This document shows, piece by piece, positions 26,973-36,305 of a DNA stretch of 64,000 nt (its first letter is position 1; each line of letters begins with the position of its first letter). Below the pieces are notes generated by a model. The model was not told the DNA's origin. It was given only the letters and a program-made list of their open reading frames with translations, and did not search any database. This DNA is from Planctomycetota bacterium (GTDB lineage Bacteria > Planctomycetota > UBA11346), in NCBI GenBank assembly GCA_038231435.1, contig JBBRLJ010000014.1, forward strand, positions 1-64,000, written 5' to 3'. Made by a program: the position numbers and the translations under genes.

Positions 26973-28502
26973 ATGAAACTGACGCAGCAGCTCACGCCAG
27001 CGAGCCGGTTCGTGATCACCCTGCTCTGCGCGTTCCTGGGATCGATCCCTGTCTCGCGAGCGTACGCAGCCGCCGCGACACCGGCCGTGGCGACACCGGT
27101 CGAGTGGGTCGATGTGTCGGCCCACCTCCCCTTCAAGTCCAATGCGATCGCCATCGATCGCACCACCGGTGACGTCTACGCGCTCCCGTGGGAATCCGGG
27201 CTATGGAAGAGCACCGACCACGCCGCGACCTTCACGCGCATCGACGGCGGCTTCATGTCGAAGGGCGGAGCCGAATCGAGCGATTGCATGGACATGAACC
27301 CGGCCGGACACGGACTGGCCTGCTTCATCATCTACGGCTCCAGCGGCATCACGCTTGATGCCGGGAAGACCTGGGAGGCGTTCAGCCAGTCGCACATGGA
27401 TTTCGGCGTCGTCGACTGGTCGGATCCGCAGGCCCGCTCGATCATGGCCTCGAACCACGAGAGCGGCTTCACCACCGTCCTGAGCCGGGATCGCGGCAAG
27501 ACCTGGCGGACGATCGGCAAGGGCTATCAGACCTTGGGCATCCCCGACTCGACAACCTTGCTGATCGGAGACGGAGCCTCGATCAAGCGAAGCGTCGATG
27601 ACGGCGCGACCTGGACGACGGTGTCGAACTTCGCTCCTACTGGCAACCTGATGCGCACTTTCAAGGGCCGGACCTACTGCCTGACCTCCGCGGGCCTGGC
27701 CATCAGCGCCGACGCGGGCTTGACCTGGACGATCCCCGGCTCGCCTGTGCATGGCAACTGCGCATTGATGATCGGCCGCGACGAGCATCAACTCGTGGCG
27801 GCGTCGCGACCGTTCGATGGTTTCTGGCAGAGCGAGGACGGCGGCGTGACCTGGCAACGATTGGTGGATCATCCTCCGCCCGGTTTCAACACCCTGAACC
27901 CCCCGAATGCCTGGTTCCGCGGTTACGGATTCGATCCCAATGCCGGCATCTATTACGCGAACGGTCGCGGCCAGTCGATCTTCACGCTGAGGCTCAAACC
28001 CAGCAAGGCGGATGAGAATCTCGCCGAGCGCCTGCTCGGCGAGATAGCCAAGACGCCAGACGACGCCTCGCCCGAGTCGTTCAAGGCTAGGATCAAGGTG
28101 TATGTCGGCACTGCCGGCCTGTTCCTGAATGCCGAACAACGCGCCCACATCGACGCCTGGGTGGCTCCGGTTCGCGAAGACGTCGTAGCCCACCAGGGCG
28201 CGGTGAGATTGGCACTCGCCCAGCAGCCCATACGCAAGGATTTCTCAAAAATCCTCGCCGAGCACGCCAAGCCCTACCGCGGCACCGCGCTCGACAGCTG
28301 GTTCCACGACGCTGGCACGGTCGTGGCCATCACGTCGGCAGTCGCGACGTTCGAAGCCGCGCCCATCGCTGGCTCGACCCGCGATCAACGAAAGAATTTC
28401 GTCGAACAGGTCGAGTCGGTGCGCAGGCAGGTGTCAACCAGGGAATTCCTCGCCCTCATCGACGCCCTCGCAGCACGGGCGCGGACCAAGGCGGCGCTGT
28501 GA
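26973..28502 (+). CDS. Secreted BNR/Asp-box beta-propeller protein with helical C-terminal domain
   Basis: Signal peptide ending AYA; repeated S.D.G.TW boxes (STDHAATF, TLDAGKTW, SRDRGKTW, SVDDGATW, SADAGLTW, SEDGGVTW). Confidence 0.8.
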   Translation: MKLTQQLTPASRFVITLLCAFLGSIPVSRAYAAAATPAVATPVEWVDVSAHLPFKSNAIAIDRTTGDVYALPWESGLWKSTDHAATFTRIDGGFMSKGGAESSDCMDMNPAGHGLACFIIYGSSGITLDAGKTWEAFSQSHMDFGVVDWSDPQARSIMASNHESGFTTVLSRDRGKTWRTIGKGYQTLGIPDSTTLLIGDGASIKRSVDDGATWTTVSNFAPTGNLMRTFKGRTYCLTSAGLAISADAGLTWTIPGSPVHGNCALMIGRDEHQLVAASRPFDGFWQSEDGGVTWQRLVDHPPPGFNTLNPPNAWFRGYGFDPNAGIYYANGRGQSIFTLRLKPSKADENLAERLLGEIAKTPDDASPESFKARIKVYVGTAGLFLNAEQRAHIDAWVAPVREDVVAHQGAVRLALAQQPIRKDFSKILAEHAKPYRGTALDSWFHDAGTVVAITSAVATFEAAPIAGSTRDQRKNFVEQVESVRRQVSTREFLALIDALAARARTKAAL

Positions 28503-28541
28503 TGCGGTGATGCGGTGATGCGGTGATGCGGTGATGCGGTG
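28499..28541 (+). repeat. (GTGATGCG)x5 perfect tandem repeat overlapping a stop codon
   Basis: Units at 28499, 28507, 28515, 28523, 28531. Confidence 0.9.
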
Positions 28542-28682
28542 TCTCCGTAGCCCCACTCCGCCACGGCGTTGCATTCTGCCTTCTCGCTCCCCGCTCTTCC
28601 CCCCGCCACTCCTTGCCCTCCCTCCGTAAGATCCGTCCCGAGCTTCGCTAGTCCGCTCGATCCGCTGCCTATGCTCCCCCGC

Positions 28683-31376
28683 ATGCGCGAGATCCTTGTC
28701 GTCCCGACCACCCACTGGGACCGCGACTGGTATTGGCCATTCGAGCGCTTCCGCGTCAAGCTGATCGAGCTGTTCGCCGCCGCAAAGGTGGCGTGGGCGG
28801 CGGATCCGACCTGGCGCTTCTCGATCGATGGCCAGGCGATCCCGGTCGAGGACTACCTCGAGGCGATACCCGAGGACGCGGACATGCTCATGCGGCTCGG
28901 CGCCGAGAAGCGCTTCGCCATGGGCCCGGTGTACGTGCAGAGCGACACCTACTGCACCGGCGGCGAGGCCTTCATCCGCAATCTGCTGATCGGCCGCGAG
29001 ATCTCGCTGCGCTTCGGCGCCCTGCAGGGGCCGCTGTACCTGCCCGACAGCTTCGGTCACGTGCCCGAGCTGCCGATGCTCGCCGCGGGCTTCGGCATCC
29101 GCACCATCCTGCTGATGCGCGGCAACGATGGCGTGCCGGGCTTCCCCCACGACGCGCGATTCGCTCGCTGGAGCCACGCCGACGGTAGCGAGGTGCGGCT
29201 GGTGCGCCTGCGCGACGGCTACGGCAATGCCGCCAATCTCGGCCTGGCGCGCGGCGAGGACACGCCCGAGCGCAAGGCCTCGGGGCTGGTCCAGGTCTAC
29301 GATCCGGCCCGCGCCTGCGCTCAGCTGACCGCGGCCGCGAATCGCCAGCTCGAAGACGGCCAGGGCGGCCCGTTCCTGATGCTCGCCGGCAGCGATCACG
29401 TCATCCCGCGCGCCGAGCTCGGCGAGGTGCTGCGCGCGGCGACCGATGGCAATACCATCTACCGCTTCGCGGATCTCAACGACGTCGACCGTGCCCTGTG
29501 GGCGCGCGATCCATCGGGCTGGCACCACCACCGCGGCGAACTCCATGCGGTAGGCGCTGGCGCGGTGCTCGGCGGCACGGTCAGCGCGCGCATCTACCTC
29601 AAGCTCGACAACGCCCGCGCAGAACGCGCGCTGGTCGACGTCGCCGAGCCGGCCGACGCCATGGCCCTGCTCGTGGGCATCGACGATCCCGCCGCAGCGG
29701 TGCTGCGCACCGCGTGGCGCCGCCTGCTGAAGGCGCACCCGCACGATGACATCACCGGCTGCAGCGTCGATGCCGTGCATCGCGAGAACGAGCAGCACAT
29801 CGCCTGCGCGTTGCAGGCCGCCGACGCGCTGCGCCGGCGCATGATCGTCAGGCTCATCGCCCATTACGGCGGCCAGCTGCCCGGCGACGATCGTCAGGCG
29901 TTCATCGCCTTCGATACCAGCGGCCACGCCGGAATGCGGCGGTTCACCGTCGAGCTCGATCTCGAGGGGCGGCGCGAATGGGGCGATTACCACCTGCCCA
30001 GACTCTACGCGATCCGCGACGAGCAGGGGCAGGCGGTGCCGTTCCGCGAGCTCGCCCGCGAAAGCTCGAGCGAGCATCCCCACACCGTGCTGCGCCTCGA
30101 GGTGCGGGGCGACCTCGCACCGTTCGCCCCGCGCCGCTTCGTCATCGATCCCATCGAACCGCTCCCCCGGCCCGAAGCCGAGGCCGAGGCCCGAAGCATG
30201 ATCCTGGAGAACGAGCGCCTGTCGGCGACGGTGCGCGCCGACGGTAGCGTCGACCTGGTCGACCTGCGCTCGGGAGCCGCCTGGAACGGGCTCGGGCGTT
30301 GGTCGGATCAGGGTGATGTCGGCAACGAATACGACTTCGTGCCGCTGCCCGACGAGGCCGAGCGCATCCACGCGGACCTGGCATTCGCGCACGCGCCCAC
30401 AGCGATGCTGTGCGGCGGTGGCATGCGGGTGGTGCGCATGACGGGAGAACTGCGCCTGCCGGCCGACGCTTCGTCGCGCCGCATCGGTGGCGCGCTCGTC
30501 GCCATCCCAGTGATCGTCGATTATAGCCTCGCTCCGGGCGAGGCGTGGCTCACCTGCCGGATCCGCCTGCGCAACCGCGCGAAGGAAATGCGCCTGCGTT
30601 GGAACGCCACCCTGCCCGCGAAGCCGGCGACCACGCGCGCCGGGCTGAAATTCACCGAGGTCACGCGCCCGGCCGGCGCGCAGCCGAACCATGACGGGAA
30701 GCTGATCCCGCCAGAGCATCCCGCCGACGCCTTTGTCGCCGTTCCCCTCGGCTACGGGATCAGCTCAGGGATCGGGACCTCGGTAGTTGCCGGAGCCGGC
30801 GATGCCGCCACGGGTGGCCTTGCGGTGTTCGCGCGCGCGCCCGTCAACTACGAGATCGTCGACGACAACGGAGGAGCGCGCCTGGCGATCACCCTGGTGC
30901 GCGCGGTCGGCTGGCTCGGTTCCGGACTGGGCACGCTGACCCCCGAGGCCCAGTGCCTCGAGCGCGATCTCGAGCACGTGTTCGCGCTCAGACCCTACGC
31001 GGCCGAGGAATCCGCGGATCTGCTCGCCGAGGCGCTCGCCTGGCGTCACGAGGCGCTGACCGGATTGATCTGGGGCTACAACCCACCGGTGCAGCCGGTC
31101 GACCACGAGCCCGTGATCGCGCTCGCGCCCGGAGCGGTGCGGGTCTCGGCGTGCAAGCGCAGCCACGATCGCGAGCGCGTGATCGTGCGGCTGCACAACG
31201 CCTCGGCGCTGCCGGCCATCGCCGAACTGCGGGTGCGCGCCGATCGCGTCTGCTTGCTCGGCCTCGACGAGGAGCCCCGAGGCGATCCGCTCGTCGTCGC
31301 AGCCGATGGCGCCTGGCGCGTGCCGGTGCCGCCGCAGGGGCTGGTGACGCTGGGGCTCGAGACGGCGCGCGGGTGA
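28683..31376 (+). CDS. GH38 alpha-mannosidase (MngB-like)
   Basis: THWDRDWY zinc ligands, nucleophile motif YLPDSFGH, HPHDDITGCSVD, ENERL, AITLVRAVG. Confidence 0.9.
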   Translation: MREILVVPTTHWDRDWYWPFERFRVKLIELFAAAKVAWAADPTWRFSIDGQAIPVEDYLEAIPEDADMLMRLGAEKRFAMGPVYVQSDTYCTGGEAFIRNLLIGREISLRFGALQGPLYLPDSFGHVPELPMLAAGFGIRTILLMRGNDGVPGFPHDARFARWSHADGSEVRLVRLRDGYGNAANLGLARGEDTPERKASGLVQVYDPARACAQLTAAANRQLEDGQGGPFLMLAGSDHVIPRAELGEVLRAATDGNTIYRFADLNDVDRALWARDPSGWHHHRGELHAVGAGAVLGGTVSARIYLKLDNARAERALVDVAEPADAMALLVGIDDPAAAVLRTAWRRLLKAHPHDDITGCSVDAVHRENEQHIACALQAADALRRRMIVRLIAHYGGQLPGDDRQAFIAFDTSGHAGMRRFTVELDLEGRREWGDYHLPRLYAIRDEQGQAVPFRELARESSSEHPHTVLRLEVRGDLAPFAPRRFVIDPIEPLPRPEAEAEARSMILENERLSATVRADGSVDLVDLRSGAAWNGLGRWSDQGDVGNEYDFVPLPDEAERIHADLAFAHAPTAMLCGGGMRVVRMTGELRLPADASSRRIGGALVAIPVIVDYSLAPGEAWLTCRIRLRNRAKEMRLRWNATLPAKPATTRAGLKFTEVTRPAGAQPNHDGKLIPPEHPADAFVAVPLGYGISSGIGTSVVAGAGDAATGGLAVFARAPVNYEIVDDNGGARLAITLVRAVGWLGSGLGTLTPEAQCLERDLEHVFALRPYAAEESADLLAEALAWRHEALTGLIWGYNPPVQPVDHEPVIALAPGAVRVSACKRSHDRERVIVRLHNASALPAIAELRVRADRVCLLGLDEEPRGDPLVVAADGAWRVPVPPQGLVTLGLETARG

Positions 31377-31412
31377 TTGGAGCCCCGCTGTCGACGGCTG
31401 GTCGGCGGCTGG

Positions 31413-33275
31413 TCAGAACAGCTGCCCAGCGGCGAGATCGCGGAACTTCCCCTGGGCCTGCATCAGCTCGTCGAAGCGGCCGCTCTCGACGATGCGGCCG
31501 CGGTCGAGCACCACGATGCGATCGGCGTTGCGCACCGTCGACAGGCGATGCGCGATGATCACCGTGGTCCGCCCGCGCATCAGCACGTCGAGCGCCTGCT
31601 GCACCACGCGTTCGCTCTCGGGATCCAAGGCGCTGGTGGCTTCGTCCAGGACCAGCAGCTTGGGATCGCGGTAGAGAGCGCGCGCGATGGCCAGGCGTTG
31701 GCGCTGGCCACCGGACAGGCCGGCACCGCGGTCGCCGAGCACGTGCAGGTAATCGCCGGGCAGGGCGGCGATGAATTCGTGGGCGTTGGCCTGGACCGCC
31801 GCCGCCTTCGCGCGCTCCAATTCGGGACGCGGATCGCCCCAGGCGATGTTGCCGAGCACGGTGTCGTTGAAGAGCACCACGTCCTGACTGACCACGCCGA
31901 CATGGCGCCTGATGCTGCGGCGGTCGACCTCGCGCAGGTCGCGGCCGTCGATGGTCACGGCGCCTGAGGTCGGCTCGTAGAAACCGAGGATCAGGCCGGC
32001 GAGCGTGCTCTTGCCGGAACCGGATGCGCCCACCAGGGCGATGCTGGTGCCCTGTGCCACATGCAGATCGAGGTGGTCGATGGTGTCGGTGGTGCCGCCC
32101 GGATAGCGGAAGCAGAGGCCGCGCAGGTCGAGCTCGCCCTCGACCGAGGCCACCGCCGGCTTGCCATCGTTGTCCTCGTGGTCGTCGGTCTCGTAGAGCT
32201 CGGCCAGCGAATTCATCGCCTCATGCGCGGCGGCGATCGCTGGCATGCCGCCGAAGAGGCTGTCGATGGCATGGCTGATCATGCCGAAGTAGGCCATGAT
32301 GATCAGCAGGTCGCCGACCTTCACCCAGCCCTGGGTGCAGAAGTACACCCCCGTCCCCAGCACCGCCATGTTCAGCACCTGGTTCGAGGCGAAAGCCATC
32401 GATCCGAACAAGGCGAGGATCTTGTCGAGGCGGTAGCCACGTTCAGCGACCACCGAGGCGGCCGTGCCGATGCGTTCCTCGGTGAACGATTCGACGGCGT
32501 GCGCGCGGGTCACGCGCACGCCCGCCAGCGCCTCGAACAGCGAGGCGGCGAATCCGGACTCGGCCTTGCGCATCTGCTCGTTCTGCGCCTTGATCGGGCG
32601 CCAGAACCAGCGGTAGAGGAAGAGGTTCAGGGGCACGGCGACCAGCATCAGGGCCAGCATCCGCCAGTCCTTGTGCGCCATGATCGCGACCATCGCCACC
32701 AGCGAGACGCTCTGCAAGAGGACGGTCTCGAAGAGGTAGGTCTGCAGGCCCTCGAGCTTGCCCAGATCGGCGATGAACTTGCTCTGCAACTCGCCGACGC
32801 GGTTGCGATCGTGGAAGGCGAAGGTCAGGCGATGGACGCGGCGCATGATTGCGCGCCGCAGGCTCGCCGTCATCGAGCGCTTCTGGCGCGCCAGCAGCAG
32901 CTGCTGCGGGAGCGTGGCCGCCACGTTGACCAGGCCCATGCCCACCGTCGCCGCCAGGACCAGCGGCAGCTTGGCGAGGGCCTCGTGCGGATCGCGCACC
33001 AGCAGGTTGACCAGGTAGCCGCTGAGCAGCGGCTGCAGGTAGTTCGGCGCGTGGCGGATGTTGATCAGCACCGTGACCAGCGGGATGACCCGCCGTTTCT
33101 GCGGCAGCAGCTTGAAGTACGCCCCGAGCGTCGAGCGCTCGCGGTGCTTCTCGGGCACCAGCGCGGTGAGCTTCTCGCTGCTCATGTCGACGCGCGGCAG
33201 CACCGCCGGCTCGTCATCGGACATACGCGGCGCCGGTCGCTGCACCGGTCGAGGAGTGGAGGTCGCGTCGGGCAT
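31413..33275 (-). CDS. ABC exporter, fused permease/ATPase (MsbA-like)
   Basis: N-terminal TM domain; GASGSGKST, LSGGQRQR, LVLDEATSALD, IAHRLST. Start could be 33224. Confidence 0.92.
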   Translation of the reverse strand: MPDATSTPRPVQRPAPRMSDDEPAVLPRVDMSSEKLTALVPEKHRERSTLGAYFKLLPQKRRVIPLVTVLINIRHAPNYLQPLLSGYLVNLLVRDPHEALAKLPLVLAATVGMGLVNVAATLPQQLLLARQKRSMTASLRRAIMRRVHRLTFAFHDRNRVGELQSKFIADLGKLEGLQTYLFETVLLQSVSLVAMVAIMAHKDWRMLALMLVAVPLNLFLYRWFWRPIKAQNEQMRKAESGFAASLFEALAGVRVTRAHAVESFTEERIGTAASVVAERGYRLDKILALFGSMAFASNQVLNMAVLGTGVYFCTQGWVKVGDLLIIMAYFGMISHAIDSLFGGMPAIAAAHEAMNSLAELYETDDHEDNDGKPAVASVEGELDLRGLCFRYPGGTTDTIDHLDLHVAQGTSIALVGASGSGKSTLAGLILGFYEPTSGAVTIDGRDLREVDRRSIRRHVGVVSQDVVLFNDTVLGNIAWGDPRPELERAKAAAVQANAHEFIAALPGDYLHVLGDRGAGLSGGQRQRLAIARALYRDPKLLVLDEATSALDPESERVVQQALDVLMRGRTTVIIAHRLSTVRNADRIVVLDRGRIVESGRFDELMQAQGKFRDLAAGQLF

Positions 33276-33510
33276 CGTGCTCAATCAGGCTTGCCAGCTG
33301 GAACAGGGCCGCTGAAGCATGCGCGGCCCGCGCGCCGGAAATCGTCAGCCCCGCAAAGGCTGTACATGGACTTTCGACTCGCGGGGTGCGGGAGGCGACG
33401 ACAAGAGACCGGCCGCAACTTCGAGCTTTACCGCTTCCCTGTTTGCCCTGTCACTCCACGCCCCTATCCAGTCCCACTTTTCCGCCGCCGGGCTGCCTTC
33501 AGCTCCCACA

Positions 33511-33600
33511 TTCTGCTCTCCGCCTTCTGCCTTCTGCCTTCCGCTTTCCGCTTCTCCTAACTTCTAACTTCCGTCTTCCCTCTATCTCCATCCCCTATCC
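33511..33600. repeat. Degenerate pyrimidine-rich heptamer array
   Basis: TTCTGCT CTCCGCC TTCTGCC TTCTGCC TTCCGCT TTCCGCT then ACTTCTA/ACTTCCG; lies just downstream of the GNAT stop. Confidence 0.65.
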
Positions 33601-34074
33601 CTCCCGACCCCTCCCCCCATCAATCAACGCGAAATACACCTCATCGACGTACGTCCCATCCTTGTACCCGACATCCCTGAGCGTCGCCTCGAGCTCCAGT
33701 CCGGCCTTCTCGAGCACCCGCATCGACGCGACGTTGCTCGCGAAGGTCTTGGCGAAGACCCGGTGAAAGCGCCCGGCGTCGAAGGCCAACGCGATCAGTC
33801 CCTTGGCGATGCACGTACCATAGCCGCGCCGCTGCTGGTCGCGGTGGACCCAGAATCCGATCTCGACGGCGTGCGGATGCTTCTGGACAGTCAGCTGACC
33901 TCCTCCGACGAGGACGCCATCGACCACCAACTTGCGCCCGGTGGCTTTCTCGGAATTCAGGTGCTTGATGAAACCGAGGGCGTCCTGCGGATCGGGCCTG
34001 GCGTTCATGCCGATGGAGTGCAACAACTCGCCCAGTTGCCGCGCGTCGCTCTCGTCGATGGGCTGGAGAACCAT
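33595..34074 (-). CDS. RimJ/RimL-type GNAT acetyltransferase
   Basis: VEIGFWV....RRGYGT, N.AS.RVLEKAG..LEATLR. Confidence 0.88.
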   Translation of the reverse strand: MVLQPIDESDARQLGELLHSIGMNARPDPQDALGFIKHLNSEKATGRKLVVDGVLVGGGQLTVQKHPHAVEIGFWVHRDQQRRGYGTCIAKGLIALAFDAGRFHRVFAKTFASNVASMRVLEKAGLELEATLRDVGYKDGTYVDEVYFALIDGGRGREG

Positions 34075-34327
34075 GAGCGCGATCACAGCGCATCGATCGG
34101 TGAAGGGAAGCGCGGTCCGCGATACCGGCACATCGGAGACCGCCGAAAACACCAAGCATCGGCACGGCGCGACCGCTAAACCCGGGACGAACGGCTGAAC
34201 TGGCATGGCGCACCGCACAAAGTACCAAGCAGGCCATGTATTGGTGAGTTCCGGGCCTCGTGATAGATTCGCCATGGTTCGGATGTCCGCGGGCCATGTC
34301 CTGCGCATTCCCAAGGGAGCAACCATC

Positions 34328-36118
34328 ATGTCCACTTCTCCAGGCAACATCTCCAGCAACCGCAACCGAGATGCGCAACGCCCGGGCATCATGTCGATTA
34401 TGGCGGTGGCTCTCGGCGCGCTGATGCCGATGACGATGGCGAGCCCATCGAACGCCGCCGACGCGGCTCCTCCTGCCGGAGACGCCGCGTCAACCCATCA
34501 CGCGCCCACCGCTGTCGCCTCCAGTTTCCAGGCCGGCAACGAGCCCGCGAAAGCCGTCGATGGCGACGCCAGCAGCATCTGGCACAGCCAATGGGATCCG
34601 AAGGTGGCGCTGCCGCAGTCGATCACTCTCGACCAGGGCGCGGCCGACACCGTCGCCTGCGTGACCTACCTGCCGCGCCAGGGCGGCGGCAACGGCACGA
34701 TGACCGCCTACGCCATCTCGGTCAGCGTCGATGGCACCACCTTCACCACGGTGGTCGACAACGGGCGGTGGCCGGCCAACGGCAAGCGCAAATTCGCGAA
34801 CTTCCCTCCCGTCAGCGCCCGCTTCGTGCGCCTCGAGGCGCTCGCCGGGGTCGGCGACTTCGCGAGCGCCGCCGAGATCGCCCTGTCGCGCACGCCGATC
34901 GACGCGATGGCCGAGCCGAACATGGTGTCGGTGCTGTCGCCGGCCTACGGCGCCGACATCACGGGCGATACCACCATCGGCATCGTGGCCCCTGGGCTGG
35001 CCACCGCCGTGGTCAGCTGCTGGAAACAGGGCGCGGCTCCCGGCAAGGGAGATGCCAAGGGCACTATCGACGTCGGCGCGGACTCCATCATCGGCACCAT
35101 CACCCTCGACACCCAGGGCAAGGGCTCGATCGTCTTCCCGGCCAACGCGTATCCGCACGGCCCGATCTGCGTGTTCATCACCGCCAGCGGCGCCGGAACC
35201 GGAGGCGCCCACGACACCTGCTGCCTGCAGCTCTACAACCTGGGCGGCGTGTCCTGGAATGAAGGCCTGCCCAAGGATCCGCCGGCGGCGAGCGGCATGA
35301 CCCTGATCTTCGCCGATGATTTCACCACCAAGCCGTCGATCTCGAGCAAGGATCCGAAAGCCACCTATTACGACCACAAACCGCCGGATGGTTCCCAGGA
35401 TTTCAGCAGCCTGCGCTTCACCGGTTTCGACGAGAAGGGCAATCCCTTCGCGCAGAAGGACACCTACCTGCGCATCCGCGCCGACGAGGCCAAGAACAGC
35501 TCAGGGCTGATCTCGTCGATGAAGAACGATGCCAGCGGAGTCACCGCCACCAACCCCTGCTACTTCGAATGTCGCCTGATCGGCGCCAACGCCATCGGCG
35601 CCTGGCCAGCCTTCTGGCTGCTCAGCGACTACATGACCGAACACGTCAAGAGCAACAAGGACGTGCCGTGCGATGAGCTGGACATCATCGAGGCCTACGG
35701 CGGCGAAGGCAAAGCCTCGCCGAACGCCTTCGACAAGTACTGCGTCACCCCGCACGCCTGGAACCAGGGCAAGCCCGGCCAGGAAGCCGAGCAGGCGGCT
35801 CTGCGCCAGTTCAATGGCCCGGTCGTATCGATGAAGAAGATCGGCATCGCCTCGAACTGGTATCAGGCCTTCCACGTCTACGGCTGCAAGATCACCGACA
35901 CCGATACCATCTACTACTGCGATGACATCGAGATCTGCCGTCACAAGACCCTAGACATTTCGAGGAAGGCCCCGTTCTTCTTCCTCATCAACCTGGCCAC
36001 CGGCGGCGGCTGGCCGGTCGACCTGTCGCGCTACAACGGACTTGCCGACATGTACATCGACTACGTCAGGGTCTATAGCGCGAATCCTGGGGATATCGAA
36101 AGGGCGAAGAAGAAGTGA
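34328..36118 (+). CDS. Secreted GH16-like glycoside hydrolase with F5/8 type C (CBM32) domain
   Basis: Signal peptide; AVDGD...WHS, YLPRQ, ARFVRL (discoidin); WPAFWL and catalytic ELDIIE; FHVYG, NLATGGGWP, IDYVRVY. Confidence 0.85.
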   Translation: MSTSPGNISSNRNRDAQRPGIMSIMAVALGALMPMTMASPSNAADAAPPAGDAASTHHAPTAVASSFQAGNEPAKAVDGDASSIWHSQWDPKVALPQSITLDQGAADTVACVTYLPRQGGGNGTMTAYAISVSVDGTTFTTVVDNGRWPANGKRKFANFPPVSARFVRLEALAGVGDFASAAEIALSRTPIDAMAEPNMVSVLSPAYGADITGDTTIGIVAPGLATAVVSCWKQGAAPGKGDAKGTIDVGADSIIGTITLDTQGKGSIVFPANAYPHGPICVFITASGAGTGGAHDTCCLQLYNLGGVSWNEGLPKDPPAASGMTLIFADDFTTKPSISSKDPKATYYDHKPPDGSQDFSSLRFTGFDEKGNPFAQKDTYLRIRADEAKNSSGLISSMKNDASGVTATNPCYFECRLIGANAIGAWPAFWLLSDYMTEHVKSNKDVPCDELDIIEAYGGEGKASPNAFDKYCVTPHAWNQGKPGQEAEQAALRQFNGPVVSMKKIGIASNWYQAFHVYGCKITDTDTIYYCDDIEICRHKTLDISRKAPFFFLINLATGGGWPVDLSRYNGLADMYIDYVRVYSANPGDIERAKKK

Positions 36119-36305
36119 GGGCAGGCGGGGAGCGCGGCACCAAATCGAAGAACCAGGGAGCGCCATCGCGACGGCGGCCAAGGACTGTCCTTCCCAATTC
36201 CCACTCCCGTAGGTAGCACCCCTCCAGGGCGTTCCTTGTAGGATGGAAACACTCAACTCTCGTCGGGCCAGAACTTTTCTGTGTTCGAGTGGGCGAAGCT
36301 GGACG

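Noticed and set aside
25749..28541. The repeats at 25749 and 28499 as CRISPR arrays
   Set aside because: Units of 14 and 8 bp without unique spacers; no cas genes.
28434..30719. 761-aa minus-strand ORF, and similar long ORFs at 32061-33560, 37806-39692, 54939-56267 and 60896-62293
   Set aside because: Antisense shadows of well-supported genes, expected with high-GC codon bias; no motifs.
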